64,000 nucleotides of DNA from Gordius albopunctatus (taxonomy: Eukaryota), in NCBI GenBank assembly GCA_964276515.1, contig OZ193909.1:9114001-9178000 (forward strand). The letters are read 5' to 3'. How positions within the stretch are numbered: position 1 is the first letter of the stretch; each line of letters begins with the position of its first letter. Shown piece after piece: positions 1 through 14,769 of this stretch. The notes under the pieces are model-generated. The model did no database searches and was not told the origin of the DNA. It saw nothing but the letters and a program-made list of their open reading frames with translations. The translations under genes were made by a program, and so were the position numbers.

Positions 1-3000
1 AGGAATCTCAAATTAGCTTACTTTTATATATTTTTCCAAGCTCTTTTACATAAAATAACAAAAAATATATTTTTTTAGCTCAAAATATTTAAAATTATTT
101 CCATTAAACCATATTCATCCGAAGAAAGTTGTTATTTTCAGACGTGATTTTCATGATAAGAAGTAAAAATTTATCACAATTAGATAACTATTACTTTGAA
201 ATCATCATCGCATATAGCATGTTTCAAAAATTCAGCACTCTCGTCGCGATGAAACAAACTAATCGCAACAATATAACGTTGTCTTTCCTCAAAATTATAG
301 TTCCCGCAGCTTAAAACTTCTTATAAGGAGTCGATCGAGATTAATCAGAATCTCAAATTAGCTTACTTTTATATATTTTTTCAAGCTCTTTTACATAAAA
401 TAACAAAAAATATATTTTTTTACCTCAAAATATTTAAAATTATTTCCATTAACACATATTCATCCGATGAAAGTTGTTATTTTCAGACGTGATTTCCATG
501 ATAAGAAGTAAAAATTTATCACAATTAGATAACTACTACTTTGAAATAATCATCGCATATAGCATGTTTCAAAAATTCAGCACTCTAGTCGCGATGAAAC
601 AAACTAATCGCAACAATATAACATTGTCTTTATTCAAAATGATAGTTCTCGCAGCTTAAAACTTCTTATAAGGAGTCGATCGAGATTAATCAGAATCTCA
701 AATTAGCTTACTTTTATATATTTTTTCAAGCTCTTTTACATAAAATAACAAAAAATATATTTTTTAGCTCAAAGTATTTAAAATTATTTCCATTAAACCA
801 TATTCATCCGATGAAAGTTGTTATTTTCAGACGTGATTTCCATGATAAGAAGTAAAAATTTATCACAATTAGATAACTACTACTTTGAAATAATCATCGC
901 ATATAGCATGTTTCAAAAATTCAGCACTCTAGTCGCGATGAAACAAACTAATCGCAACAATATAACATTGTCTTTATTCAAAATGATAGTTCTCGCAGCT
1001 TAAAACTTCTTATAAGGAGTCGATCGAGATTAATCAGAATCTCAAATTAGCTTACTTTTATATATTTTTTCAAGCTCTTTTACATAAAATAACAAAAAAT
1101 ATATTTTTTAGCTCAAAGTATTTAAAATTATTTCCATTAAACCATATTCATCCGATGAAAGTTGTTATTTTCAGACGTGATTTCCATGATAAGAAGTAAA
1201 AATTTATCACAATTAGATAACTACTACTTTGAAATAATCATCGCATATAGCATGTTTCAAAAATTCAGCACTCTAGTCGCGATGAAACAAACTAATCGCA
1301 ACAATATAACGTTGTCTTTATTCAAAATGATAGTTCTCGCAGCTTAAAACTTCTTATAAGGAGTCGATCGAGATTAATCAGAATCTCAAATTAGCTTACT
1401 TTTATATATTTTTTCAAGCTCTTTTACATAAAATAACAAAAAATATATTTTTCGCTCAAAGTATTTAAAATTATTTCCATTAAACCATATTCATCCGATG
1501 AAAGTTGTTATTTTCAGACGTGATTTCCATGATAAGAAGTAAAAATTTATCACAATTAGATAACTACTACTTTGAAATAATCATCGCATATAGCATGTTT
1601 CAAAAATTCAGCACTCTAGTCGCGATGAAACAAACTAATCGCAACAATATAACATTGTCTTTATTCAAAATGATAGTTCTCGCAGCTTAAAACTTCTTAT
1701 AAGGAGTCGATCGAGATTAATCAGAATCTCAAATTAGCTTACTTTTATATATTTTTTCAAGCTCTTTTACATAAAATAACAAAAAATATATTTTTTAGCT
1801 CAAAGTATTTAAAATTATTTCCATTAAACCATATTCATCCGATGAAAGTTGTTATTTTCAGACGTGATTTCCATGATAAGAAGTAAAAATTTATCACAAT
1901 TAGATAACTATTAATTTGAAATAATCATCGCATATAGCATGTTTCAAAAATTCAGCACTCTAGTCGCGATGAAACAAACTAATCGCAACAATATAACGTT
2001 GTCTTTCCTCAAAATGATAGTTCTCGCAGCTTAAAACTTCTTATAAGGAGTCGATCGAGATTAATCAGAATCTCAAATTAGCTTACTTTTATATATTTTT
2101 TCAAGCTCTTTTACATAAAATAAAAAAAAATATATTTTTTTAGCTCAAAATATTTAAAATTATTTCCATTAACACATATTCATCCGATGAAAGTTGTTAT
2201 TTTCAGACGTGATTTCCATGATAAGAAGTAAAAATTTATCACAATTAGATAACTACTACTTTGAAATAATCATCGCATATAGCATGTTTCAAAAATTCAG
2301 CACTCTAGTCGCGATGAAACAAACTAATCGCAACAATATAACATTGTCTTTATTCAAAATGATAGTTCTCGCAGCTTAAAACTTCTTATAAGGAGTCGAT
2401 CGAGATTAATCAGAATCTCAAATTAGCTTACTTTTATATATTTTTTCAAGCTCTTTTACATAAAATAACAAAAAATATATTTTTTAGCTCAAAGTATTTA
2501 AAATTATTTCCATTAAACCATATTCATCCGATGAAAGTTGTTATTTTCAGACGTGATTTCCATGATAAGAAGTAAAAATTTATCACAATTAGATAACTAT
2601 TAATTTGAAATAATCATCGCATATAGCATGTTTCAAAAATTCAGCACTCTAGTCGCGATGAAACAAACTAATCGCAACAATATAACGTTGTCTTTCCTCA
2701 AAATGATAGTTCTCGCAGCTTAAAACTTCTTATAAGGAGTCGATCGAGATTAATCAGAATCTCAAATTAGCTTACTTTTATATATTTTTTCAAGCTCTTT
2801 TACATAAAATAAAAAAAAATATATTTTTTTAGCTCAAAATATTTAAAATTATTTCCATTAACACATATTCATCCGATGAAAGTTGTTATTTTCAGACGTG
2901 ATTTCCATGATAAGAAGTAAAAATTTATCACAATTAGATAACTACTACTTTGAAATAATCATCGCATATAGCATATTTCAAAAATTCAGCACTCTAGTCG

Positions 3001-5929
3001 CGATGAAACAAACTAATCGCAACAATATAACATTGTCTTTATTCAAAATGATAGTTCTCGCAGCTTAAAACTTCTTATAAGGAGTCGATCGAGATTAATC
3101 AGAATCTCAAATTAGCTTACTTTTATATATTTTTTCAAGCTCTTTTACATAAAATAACAAAAAATATATTTTTTTAGCTCAAAATATTTAAAATTATTTC
3201 CATTAACACATATTTATCCGATGAAAGTTGTTATTTTCAGACGTGATTTCCATGATAAGAAGTAAAAATTTATCACAATTAGATAACTATTACTTTGAAA
3301 TAATCATCGCATATAGCATGTTTCAAAAATTCAGCACTCTAGTCGCGATGAAACAAACTAATCGCAACAATATAACATTGTCTTTATTCAAAATGATAGT
3401 TCTCGCAGCTTAAAACTTCTTATAAGGAGTCGATCGAGATTAATCAGAATCTCAAATTAGCTTACTTTTATATATTTTTTCAAGCTCTTTTACATAAAAT
3501 AACAAAAAATATATTTTTTAGCTCAAAGTATTTAAAATTATTTCCATTAAACCATATTCATCCGATGAAAGTTGTTATTTTCAGACGTGATTTCCATGAT
3601 AAGAAGTAAAAATTTATCACAATTAGATAACTATTAATTTGAAATAATCATCGCATATAGCATGTTTCAAAAATTCAGCACTCTAGTCGCGATGAAACAA
3701 ACTAATCGCAACAATATAACGTTGTCTTTCCTCAAAATGATAGTTCTCGCAGCTTAAAACTTCTTATAAGGAGTCGATCGAGATTAATCAGAATCTCAAA
3801 TTAGCTTACTTTTATATATTTTTTCAAGCTCTTTTACATAAAATAAAAAAAAATATATTTTTTTAGCTCAAAATATTTAAAATTATTTCCATTAACACAT
3901 ATTCATCCGATGAAAGTTGTTATTTTCAGACGTGATTTCCATGATAAGAAGTAAAAATTTATCACAATTAGATAACTACTACTTTGAAATAATCATCGCA
4001 TATAGCATGTTTCAAAAATTCAGCACTCTAGTCGCGATGAAACAAACTAATCGCAACAATATAACATTGTCTTTATTCAAAATGATAGTTCTCGCAGCTT
4101 AAAACTTCTTATAAGGAGTCGATCGAGATTAATCAGAATCTCAAATTAGCTTACTTTTATATATTTTTTCAAGCTCTTTTACATAAAATAACAAAAAATA
4201 TATTTTTTTAGCTCAAAATATTTAAAATTATTTCCATTAACACATATTCATCCGATGAAAGTTGTTATTTTCAGACGTGATTTCCATGATAAGAAGTAAA
4301 AATTTATCACAATTAGATAACTACTACTTTGAAATAATCATCGCATATATCATGTTTCAATAATTCAGCACTCTCGTCGCGATGAAACAAACTAATCGCA
4401 ACAATATAACATTGTCTTTCCTCAAAATGATAGTTCTCGCAGCTTAAAACTTCTTATAAGGAGTCGATCGAGATTAATCAGAATCTCAAATTAGCTTACT
4501 TTTATATATTTTTTCAAGCTCTTTTACATAAAATAACAAAAAATATATTTTTTTAGCTCAAAATATTTAAAATTATTTCCATTAACACATATTCATCCGA
4601 TGAAAGTTGTTATTTTCAGACGTGATTTCCATGATAAGAAGTAAAAATTTATCACAATTAGATAACTACTACTTTGAAATAATCATCGCATATATCATGT
4701 TTCAATAATTCAGCACTCTCGTCGCGATGAAAGAAACTAATCGCAACAATATAACATTGTCTTTCCTCAAAATGATAGTTCTCGCAGCTTAAAACTTCTT
4801 ATAAGGAGTCGATCGAGATTAATAGGAATCTCAAATTAGCTTACTTTTATATATTTTTCCAAGCTCTTTTACATAAAATAACAAAAAATATATTTTTTTA
4901 GCTCAAAATATTTAAAATTATTTCCATTAAACCATATTCATCCGAAGAAAGTTGTTATTTTCAGACGTGATTTTCATGATAAGAAGTAAAAATTTATCAC
5001 AATTAGATAACTATTACTTTGAAATCATCATCGCATATAGCATGTTTCAAAAATTCAGCACTCTCGTCGCGATGAAACAAACTAATCGCAACAATATAAC
5101 GTTGTCTTTCCTCAAAATTATAGTTCCCGCAGCTTAAAACTTCTTATAAGGAGTCGATCGAGATTAATCAGAATCTCAAATTAGCTTACTTTTATATATT
5201 TTTTCAAGCTCTTTTACATAAAATAACAAAAAATATATTTTTTTACCTCAAAATATTTAAAATTATTTCCATTAACACATATTCATCCGATGAAAGTTGT
5301 TATTTTCAGACGTGATTTCCATGATAAGAAGTAAAAATTTATCACAATTAGATAACTACTACTTTGAAATAATCATCGCATATAGCATGTTTCAAAAATT
5401 CAGCACTCTAGTCGCGATGAAACAAACTAATCGCAACAATATAACATTGTCTTTATTCAAAATGATAGTTCTCGCAGCTTAAAACTTCTTATAAGGAGTC
5501 GATCGAGATTAATCAGAATCTCAAATTAGCTTACTTTTATATATTTTTTCAAGCTCTTTTACATAAAATAACAAAAAATATATTTTTTAGCTCAAAGTAT
5601 TTAAAATTATTTCCATTAAACCATATTCATCCGATGAAAGTTGTTATTTTCAGACGTGATTTCCATGATAAGAAGTAAAAATTTATCACAATTAGATAAC
5701 TACTACTTTGAAATAATCATCGCATATAGCATGTTTCAAAAATTCAGCACTCTAGTCGCGATGAAACAAACTAATCGCAACAATATAACGTTGTCTTTAT
5801 TCAAAATGATAGTTCTCGCAGCTTAAAACTTCTTATAAGGAGTCGATCGAGATTAATCAGAATCTCAAATTAGCTTACTTTTATATATTTTTTCAAGCTC
5901 TTTTACATAAAATAACAAAAAATATATTT

Positions 5930-8900
5930 TTCGCTCAAAGTATTTAAAATTATTTCCATTAAACCATATTCATCCGATGAAAGTTGTTATTTTCAGACGT
6001 GATTTCCATGATAAGAAGTAAAAATTTATCACAATTAGATAACTACTACTTTGAAATAATCATCGCATATAGCATGTTTCAAAAATTCAGCACTCTAGTC
6101 GCGATGAAACAAACTAATCGCAACAATATAACATTGTCTTTATTCAAAATGATAGTTCTCGCAGCTTAAAACTTCTTATAAGGAGTCGATCGAGATTAAT
6201 CAGAATCTCAAATTAGCTTACTTTTATATATTTTTTCAAGCTCTTTTACATAAAATAACAAAAAATATATTTTTTAGCTCAAAGTATTTAAAATTATTTC
6301 CATTAAACCATATTCATCCGATGAAAGTTGTTATTTTCAGACGTGATTTCCATGATAAGAAGTAAAAATTTATCACAATTAGATAACTATTAATTTGAAA
6401 TAATCATCGCATATAGCATGTTTCAAAAATTCAGCACTCTAGTCGCGATGAAACAAACTAATCGCAACAATATAACGTTGTCTTTCCTCAAAATGATAGT
6501 TCTCGCAGCTTAAAACTTCTTATAAGGAGTCGATCGAGATTAATCAGAATCTCAAATTAGCTTACTTTTACATATTTTTTCAAGCTCTTTTACATAAAAT
6601 AAAAAAAAATATATTTTTTTAGCTCAAAATATTTAAAATTATTTCCATTAACACATATTCATCCGATGAAAGTTGTTATTTTCAGACGTGATTTCCATGA
6701 TAAGAAGTAAAAATTTATCACAATTAGATAACTACTACTTTGAAATAATCATCGCATATAGCATGTTTCAAAAATTCAGCACTCTAGTCGCGATGAAACA
6801 AACTAATCGCAACAATATAACATTGTCTTTATTCAAAATGATAGTTCTCGCAGCTTAAAACTTCTTATAAGGAGTCGATCGAGATTAATCAGAATCTCAA
6901 ATTAGCTTACTTTTATATATTTTTTCAAGCTCTTTTACATAAAATAACAAAAAATATATTTTTTTAGCTCAAAATATTTAAAATTATTTCCATTAACACA
7001 TATTCATCCGATGAAAGTTGTTATTTTCAGACGTGATTTCCATGATAAGAAGTAAAAATTTATCACAATTAGATAACTATTACTTTGAAATAATCATCGC
7101 ATATAGCATGTTTCAAAAATTCAGCACTCTAGTCGCGATGAAACAAACTAATCGGAACAATATAACATTGTCTTTCCTCGAAATGATAGTTCTCGCAGCT
7201 TAAAACTTCTTATAAGGAGTCGATCGAGATTAATCAGAATCTCAAATTAGCTTACTTTTATATATTTTTTCAAGCTCTTTTACATAAAATAAAAAAAAAT
7301 ATATTTTTTTAGCTCAAAATATTTAAAATTATTTCCATTAACACATATTCATCCGATGAAAGTTGTTATTTTCAGACGTGATTTCCATGATAAGAAGTAA
7401 AAATTTATCACAATTAGATAACTACTACTTTGAAATAATCATCGCATATAGCATGTTTCAAAAATTCAGCACTCTAGTCGCGATGAAACAAACTAATCGC
7501 AACAATATAACATTGTCTTTATTCAAAATGATAGTTCTCGCAGCTTAAAACTTCTTATAAGGAGTCGATCGAGATTAATCAGAATCTCAAATTAGCTTAC
7601 TTTTATATATTTTTTCAAGCTCTTTTACATAAAATAACAAAAAATATATTTTTTTAGCTCAAAATATTTAAAATTATTTCCATTAACACATATTCATCCG
7701 ATGAAAGTTGTTATTTTCAGACGTGATTTCCATGATAAGAAGTAAAAATTTATCACAATTAGATAACTATTACTTTGAAATAATCATCGCATATAGCATG
7801 TTTCAAAAATTCAGCACTCTAGTCGCGATGAAACAAACTAATCGCAACAATATAACATTGTCTTTCCTCAAAATGATAGTTCTCGCAGCTTAAAACTTCT
7901 TATAAGGAGTCGATCGAGATTAATCAGAATCTCAAATTAGCTTACTTTTATATATTTTTTCAAGCTCTTTTACATAAAATAACAAAAAATATATTTTTTT
8001 AGCTCAAAATATTTAAAATTATTTCCATTAACACATATTCATCCGATGAAAGTTGTTATTTTCAGACGTGATTTCCATGATAAGAAGTAAAAATTTATCA
8101 CAATTAGATAACTACTACTTTGAAATAATCATCGCATATATCATGTTTCAATAATTCAGCACTCTCGTCGCGATGAAACAAACTAATCGCAACAATATAA
8201 CATTGTCTTTCCTCAAAATGATAGTTCTCGCAGCTTAAAACTTCTTATAAGGAGTCGATCGAGATTAATCAGAATCTCAAATTAGCTTACTTTTATATAT
8301 TTTTTCAAGCTCTTTTACATAAAATAACAAAAAATATATTTTTCGCTCAAAGTATTTAAAATTATTTCCATTAAACCATATTCATCCGATGAAAGTTGTT
8401 ATTTTCAGACGTGATTTCCATGATAAGAAGTAAAAATTTATCACAATTAGATAACTACTACTTTGAAATAATCATCGCATATAGCATGTTTCAAAAATTC
8501 AGCACTCTAGTCGCGATGAAACAAACTAATCGCAACAATATAACATTGTCTTTATTCAAAATGATAGTTCTCGCAGCTTAAAACTTCTTATAAGGAGTCG
8601 ATCGAGATTAATCAGAATCTCAAATTAGCTTACTTTTATATATTTTTTCAAGCTCTTTTACATAAAATAACAAAAAATATATTTTTTAGCTCAAAGTATT
8701 TAAAATTATTTCCATTAAACCATATTCATCCGATGAAAGTTGTTATTTTCAGACGTGATTTCCATGATAAGAAGTAAAAATTTATCACAATTAGATAACT
8801 ATTAATTTGAAATAATCATCGCATATAGCATGTTTCAAAAATTCAGCACTCTAGTCGCGATGAAACAAACTAATCGCAACAATATAACGTTGTCTTTCCT

Positions 8901-10650
8901 CAAAATGATAGTTCTCGCAGCTTAAAACTTCTTATAAGGAGTCGATCGAGATTAATCAGAATCTCAAATTAGCTTACTTTTATATATTTTTTCAAGCTCT
9001 TTTACATAAAATAAAAAAAAATATATTTTTTTAGCTCAAAATATTTAAAATTATTTCCATTAACACATATTCATCCGATGAAAGTTGTTATTTTCAGACG
9101 TGATTTCCATGATAAGAAGTAAAAATTTATCACAATTAGATAACTACTACTTTGAAATAATCATCGCATATAGCATGTTTCAAAAATTCAGCACTCTAGT
9201 CGCGATGAAACAAACTAATCGCAACAATATAACATTGTCTTTATTCAAAATGATAGTTCTCGCAGCTTAAAACTTCTTATAAGGAGTCGATCGAGATTAA
9301 TCAGAATCTCAAATTAGCTTACTTTTATATATTTTTTCAAGCTCTTTTACATAAAATAAAAAAAAATATATTTTTTTAGCTCAAAATATTTAAAATTATT
9401 TCCATTAACACATATTCATCCGATGAAAGTTGTTATTTTCAGACGTGATTTCCATGATAAGAAGTAAAAATTTATCACAATTAGATAACTACTACTTTGA
9501 AATAATCATCGCATATAGCATGTTTCAAAAATTCAGCACTCTAGTCGCGATGAAACAAACTAATCGCAACAATATAACATTGTCTTTATTCAAAATGATA
9601 GTTCTCGCAGCTTAAAACTTCTTATAAGGAGTCGATCGAGATTAATCAGAATCTCAAATTAGCTTACTTTTATATATTTTTTCAAGCTCTTTTACATAAA
9701 ATAACAAAAAATATATTTTTTTAGCTCAAAATATTTAAAATTATTTCCATTAACACATATTCATCCGATGAAAGTTGTTATTTTCAGACGTGATTTCCAT
9801 GATAAGAAGTAAAAATTTATCACAATTAGATAACTATTACTTTGAAATAATCATCGCATATAGCATGTTTCAAAAATTCAGCACTCCAGTCGCGATGAAA
9901 CAAACTAATCGGAACAATATAACATTGTCTTTCCTCGAAATGATAGTTCTCGCAGCTTAAAACTTCTTATAAGGAGTCGATCGAGATTAATCAGAATCTC
10001 AAATTAGCTTACTTTTATATATTTTTTCAAGCTCTTTTACATAAAATAAAAAAAAATATATTTTTTTAGCTCAAAATATTTAAAATTATTTCCATTAACA
10101 CATATTCATCCGATGAAAGTTGTTATTTTCAGACGTGATTTCCATGATAAGAAGTAAAAATTTATCACAATTAGATAACTACTACTTTGAAATAATCATC
10201 GCATATAGCATGTTTCAAAAATTCAGCACTCTAGTCGCGATGAAACAAACTAATCGCAACAATATAACATTGTCTTTATTCAAAATGATAGTTCTCGCAG
10301 CTTAAAACTTCTTATAAGGAGTCGATCGAGATTAATCAGAATCTCAAATTAGCTTACTTTTATATATTTTTTCAAGCTCTTTTACATAAAATAACAAAAA
10401 ATATATTTTTTTAGCTCAAAATATTTAAAATTATTTCCATTAACACATATTCATCCGATGAAAGTTGTTATTTTCAGACGTGATTTCCATGATAAGAAGT
10501 AAAAATTTATCACAATTAGATAACTACTACTTTGAAATAATCATCGCATATAGCATGTTTCAAAAATTCAGCACTCTAGTCGCGATGAAACAAACTAATC
10601 GCAACAATATAACATTGTCTTTCCTCAAAATGATAGTTCTCGCAGCTTAA
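5930..10650. repeat. Higher-order duplication of about 7 monomers, with one extra monomer in the second copy
   Basis: The 343-bp TTTTTCGCTC monomer recurs at a 2412-bp offset (ORF starts 5984/8396, also 6673/9085). The private AATCGGAAC + CTCGAAA monomer recurs at 2757 bp (7018/9775), consistent with an extra monomer at 9085/9430. Confidence 0.75.
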
Positions 10651-13600
10651 AACTTCTTATAAGGAGTCGATCGAGATTAATCAGAATCTCAAATTAGCTT
10701 ACTTTTATATATTTTTTCAAGCTCTTTTACATAAAATAACAAAAAATATATTTTTTTAGCTCAAAATATTTAAAATTATTTCCATTAACACATATTCATC
10801 CGATGAAAGTTGTTATTTTCAGACGTGATTTCCATGATAAGAAGTAAAAATTTATCACAATTAGATAACTACTACTTTGAAATAATCATCGCATATATCA
10901 TGTTTCAATAATTCAGCACTCTCGTCGCGATGAAAGAAACTAATCGCAACAATATAACATTGTCTTTCCTCAAAATGATAGTTCTCGCAGCTTAAAACTT
11001 CTTATAAGGAGTCGATCGAGATTAATAGGAATCTCAAATTAGCTTACTTTTATATATTTTTCCAAGCTCTTTTACATAAAATAACAAAAAATATATTTTT
11101 TTAGCTCAAAATATTTAAAATTATTTCCATTAAACCATATTCATCCGAAGAAAGTTGTTATTTTCAGACGTGATTTTCATGATAAGAAGTAAAAATTTAT
11201 CACAATTAGATAACTATTACTTTGAAATCATCATCGCATATAGCATGTTTCAAAAATTCAGCACTCTCGTCGCGATGAAACAAACTAATCGCAACAATAT
11301 AACGTTGTCTTTCCTCAAAATTATAGTTCCCGCAGCTTAAAACTTCTTATAAGGAGTCGATCGAGATTAATCAGAATCTCAAATTAGCTTACTTTTATAT
11401 ATTTTTTCAAGCTCTTTTACATAAAATAACAAAAAATATATTTTTTTAGCTCAAAATATTTAAAATTATTTCCATTAACACATATTCATCCGATGAAAGT
11501 TGTTATTTTCAGACGTGATTTCCATGATAAGAAGTAAAAATTTATCACAATTAGATAACTACTACTTTGAAATAATCATCGCATATAGCATGTTTCAAAA
11601 ATTCAGCACTCTAGTCGCGATGAAACAAACTAATCGCAACAATATAACATTGTCTTTATTCAAAATGATAGTTCTCGCAGCTTAAAACTTCTTATAAGGA
11701 GTCGATCGAGATTAATCAGAATCTCAAATTAGCTTACTTTTATATATTTTTTCAAGCTCTTTTACATAAAATAACAAAAAATATATTTTTTAGCTCAAAG
11801 TATTTAAAATTATTTCCATTAAACCATATTCATCCGATGAAAGTTGTTATTTTCAGACGTGATTTCCATGATAAGAAGTAAAAATTTATCACAATTAGAT
11901 AACTACTACTTTGAAATAATCATCGCATATAGCATGTTTCAAAAATTCAGCACTCTAGTCGCGATGAAACAAACTAATCGCAACAATATAACATTGTCTT
12001 TATTCAAAATGATAGTTCTCGCAGCTTAAAACTTCTTATAAGGAGTCGATCGAGATTAATAGGAATCTCAAATTAGCTTACTTTTATATATTTTTCCAAG
12101 CTCTTTTACATAAAATAACAAAAAATATATTTTTTTAGCTCAAAATATTTAAAATTATTTCCATTAAACCATATTCATCCGAAGAAAGTTGTTATTTTCA
12201 GACGTGATTTTCATGATAAGAAGTAAAAATTTATCACAATTAGATAACTATTACTTTGAAATCATCATCGCATATAGCATGTTTCAAAAATTCAGCACTC
12301 TCGTCGCGATGAAACAAACTAATCGCAACAATATAACGTTGTCTTTCCTCAAAATTATAGTTCCCGCAGCTTAAAACTTCTTATAAGGAGTCGATCGAGA
12401 TTAATCAGAATCTCAAATTAGCTTACTTTTATATATTTTTTCAAGCTCTTTTACATAAAATAACAAAAAATATATTTTTTTAGCTCAAAATATTTAAAAT
12501 TATTTCCATTAACACATATTCATCCGATGAAAGTTGTTATTTTCAGACGTGATTTCCATGATAAGAAGTAAAAATTTATCACAATTAGATAACTACTACT
12601 TTGAAATAATCATCGCATATAGCATGTTTCAAAAATTCAGCACTCTAGTCGCGATGAAACAAACTAATCGCAACAATATAACATTGTCTTTATTCAAAAT
12701 GATAGTTCTCGCAGCTTAAAACTTCTTATAAGGAGTCGATCGAGATTAATCAGAATCTCAAATTAGCTTACTTTTATATATTTTTTCAAGCTCTTTTACA
12801 TAAAATAACAAAAAATATATTTTTTAGCTCAAAGTATTTAAAATTATTTCCATTAAACCATATTCATCCGATGAAAGTTGTTATTTTCAGACGTGATTTC
12901 CATGATAAGAAGTAAAAATTTATCACAATTAGATAACTACTACTTTGAAATAATCATCGCATATAGCATGTTTCAAAAATTCAGCACTCTAGTCGCGATG
13001 AAACAAACTAATCGCAACAATATAACATTGTCTTTCCTCAAAATGATAGTTCTCGCAGCTTAAAACTTCTTATAAGGAGTCGATCGAGATTAATCAGAAT
13101 CTCAAATTAGCTTACTTTTATATATTTTTTCAAGCTCTTTTACATAAAATAACAAAAAATATATTTTTTTAGCTCAAAATATTTAAAATTATTTCCATTA
13201 ACACATATTCATCCGATGAAAGTTGTTATTTTCAGACGTGATTTCCATGATAAGAAGTAAAAATTTATCACAATTAGATAACTACTACTTTGAAATAATC
13301 ATCGCATATATCATGTTTCAATAATTCAGCACTCTCGTCGCGATGAAAGAAACTAATCGCAACAATATAACATTGTCTTTCCTCAAAATGATAGTTCTCG
13401 CAGCTTAAAACTTCTTATAAGGAGTCGATCGAGATTAATAGGAATCTCAAATTAGCTTACTTTTATATATTTTTCCAAGCTCTTTTACATAAAATAACAA
13501 AAAATATATTTTTTTAGCTCAAAATATTTAAAATTATTTCCATTAAACCATATTCATCCGAAGAAAGTTGTTATTTTCAGACGTGATTTTCATGATAAGA

Positions 13601-14769
13601 AGTAAAAATTTATCACAATTAGATAACTATTACTTTGAAATCATCATCGCATATAGCATGTTTCAAAAATTCAGCACTCTCGTCGCGATGAAACAAACTA
13701 ATCGCAACAATATAACGTTGTCTTTCCTCAAAATTATAGTTCCCGCAGCTTAAAACTTCTTATAAGGAGTCGATCGAGATTAATCAGAATCTCAAATTAG
13801 CTTACTTTTATATATTTTTTCAAGCTCTTTTACATAAAATAACAAAAAATATATTTTTTTAGCTCAAAATATTTAAAATTATTTCCATTAACACATATTC
13901 ATCCGATGAAAGTTGTTATTTTCAGACGTGATTTCCATGATAAGAAGTAAAAATTTATCACAATTAGATAACTACTACTTTGAAATAATCATCGCATATA
14001 GCATGTTTCAAAAATTCAGCACTCTAGTCGCGATGAAACAAACTAATCGCAACAATATAACATTGTCTTTATTCAAAATGATAGTTCTCGCAGCTTAAAA
14101 CTTCTTATAAGGAGTCGATCGAGATTAATCAGAATCTCAAATTAGCTTACTTTTATATATTTTTTCAAGCTCTTTTACATAAAATAACAAAAAATATATT
14201 TTTTAGCTCAAAGTATTTAAAATTATTTCCATTAAACCATATTCATCCGATGAAAGTTGTTATTTTCAGACGTGATTTCCATGATAAGAAGTAAAAATTT
14301 ATCACAATTAGATAACTACTACTTTGAAATAATCATCGCATATAGCATGTTTCAAAAATTCAGCACTCTAGTCGCGATGAAACAAACTAATCACAACAAT
14401 ATAACATTGTCTTTATTCAAAATGATAGTTCTCGCAGCTTAAAACTTCTTATAAGGAGTCGATCGAGATTAATCAGAATCTCAAATTAGCTTACTTTTAT
14501 ATATTTTTTCAAGCTCTTTTACATAAAATAACAAAAAATATATTTTTTAGCTCAAAGTATTTAAAATTATTTCCATTAAACCATATTCATCCGATGAAAG
14601 TTGTTATTTTCAGACGTGATTTCCATGATAAGAAGTAAAAATTTATCACAATTAGATAACTACTACTTTGAAATAATCATCGCATATAGCATGTTTCAAA
14701 AATTCAGCACTCTAGTCGCGATGAAACAAACTAATCGCAACAATATAACGTTGTCTTTCCTCAAAATGA

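Noticed and set aside
324..331. TAAGGAG(T) Shine-Dalgarno-like motif in each monomer
   Set aside because: It lies downstream of the ORF stop, with no start codon at a suitable spacing, and nothing else suggests a prokaryotic gene context.
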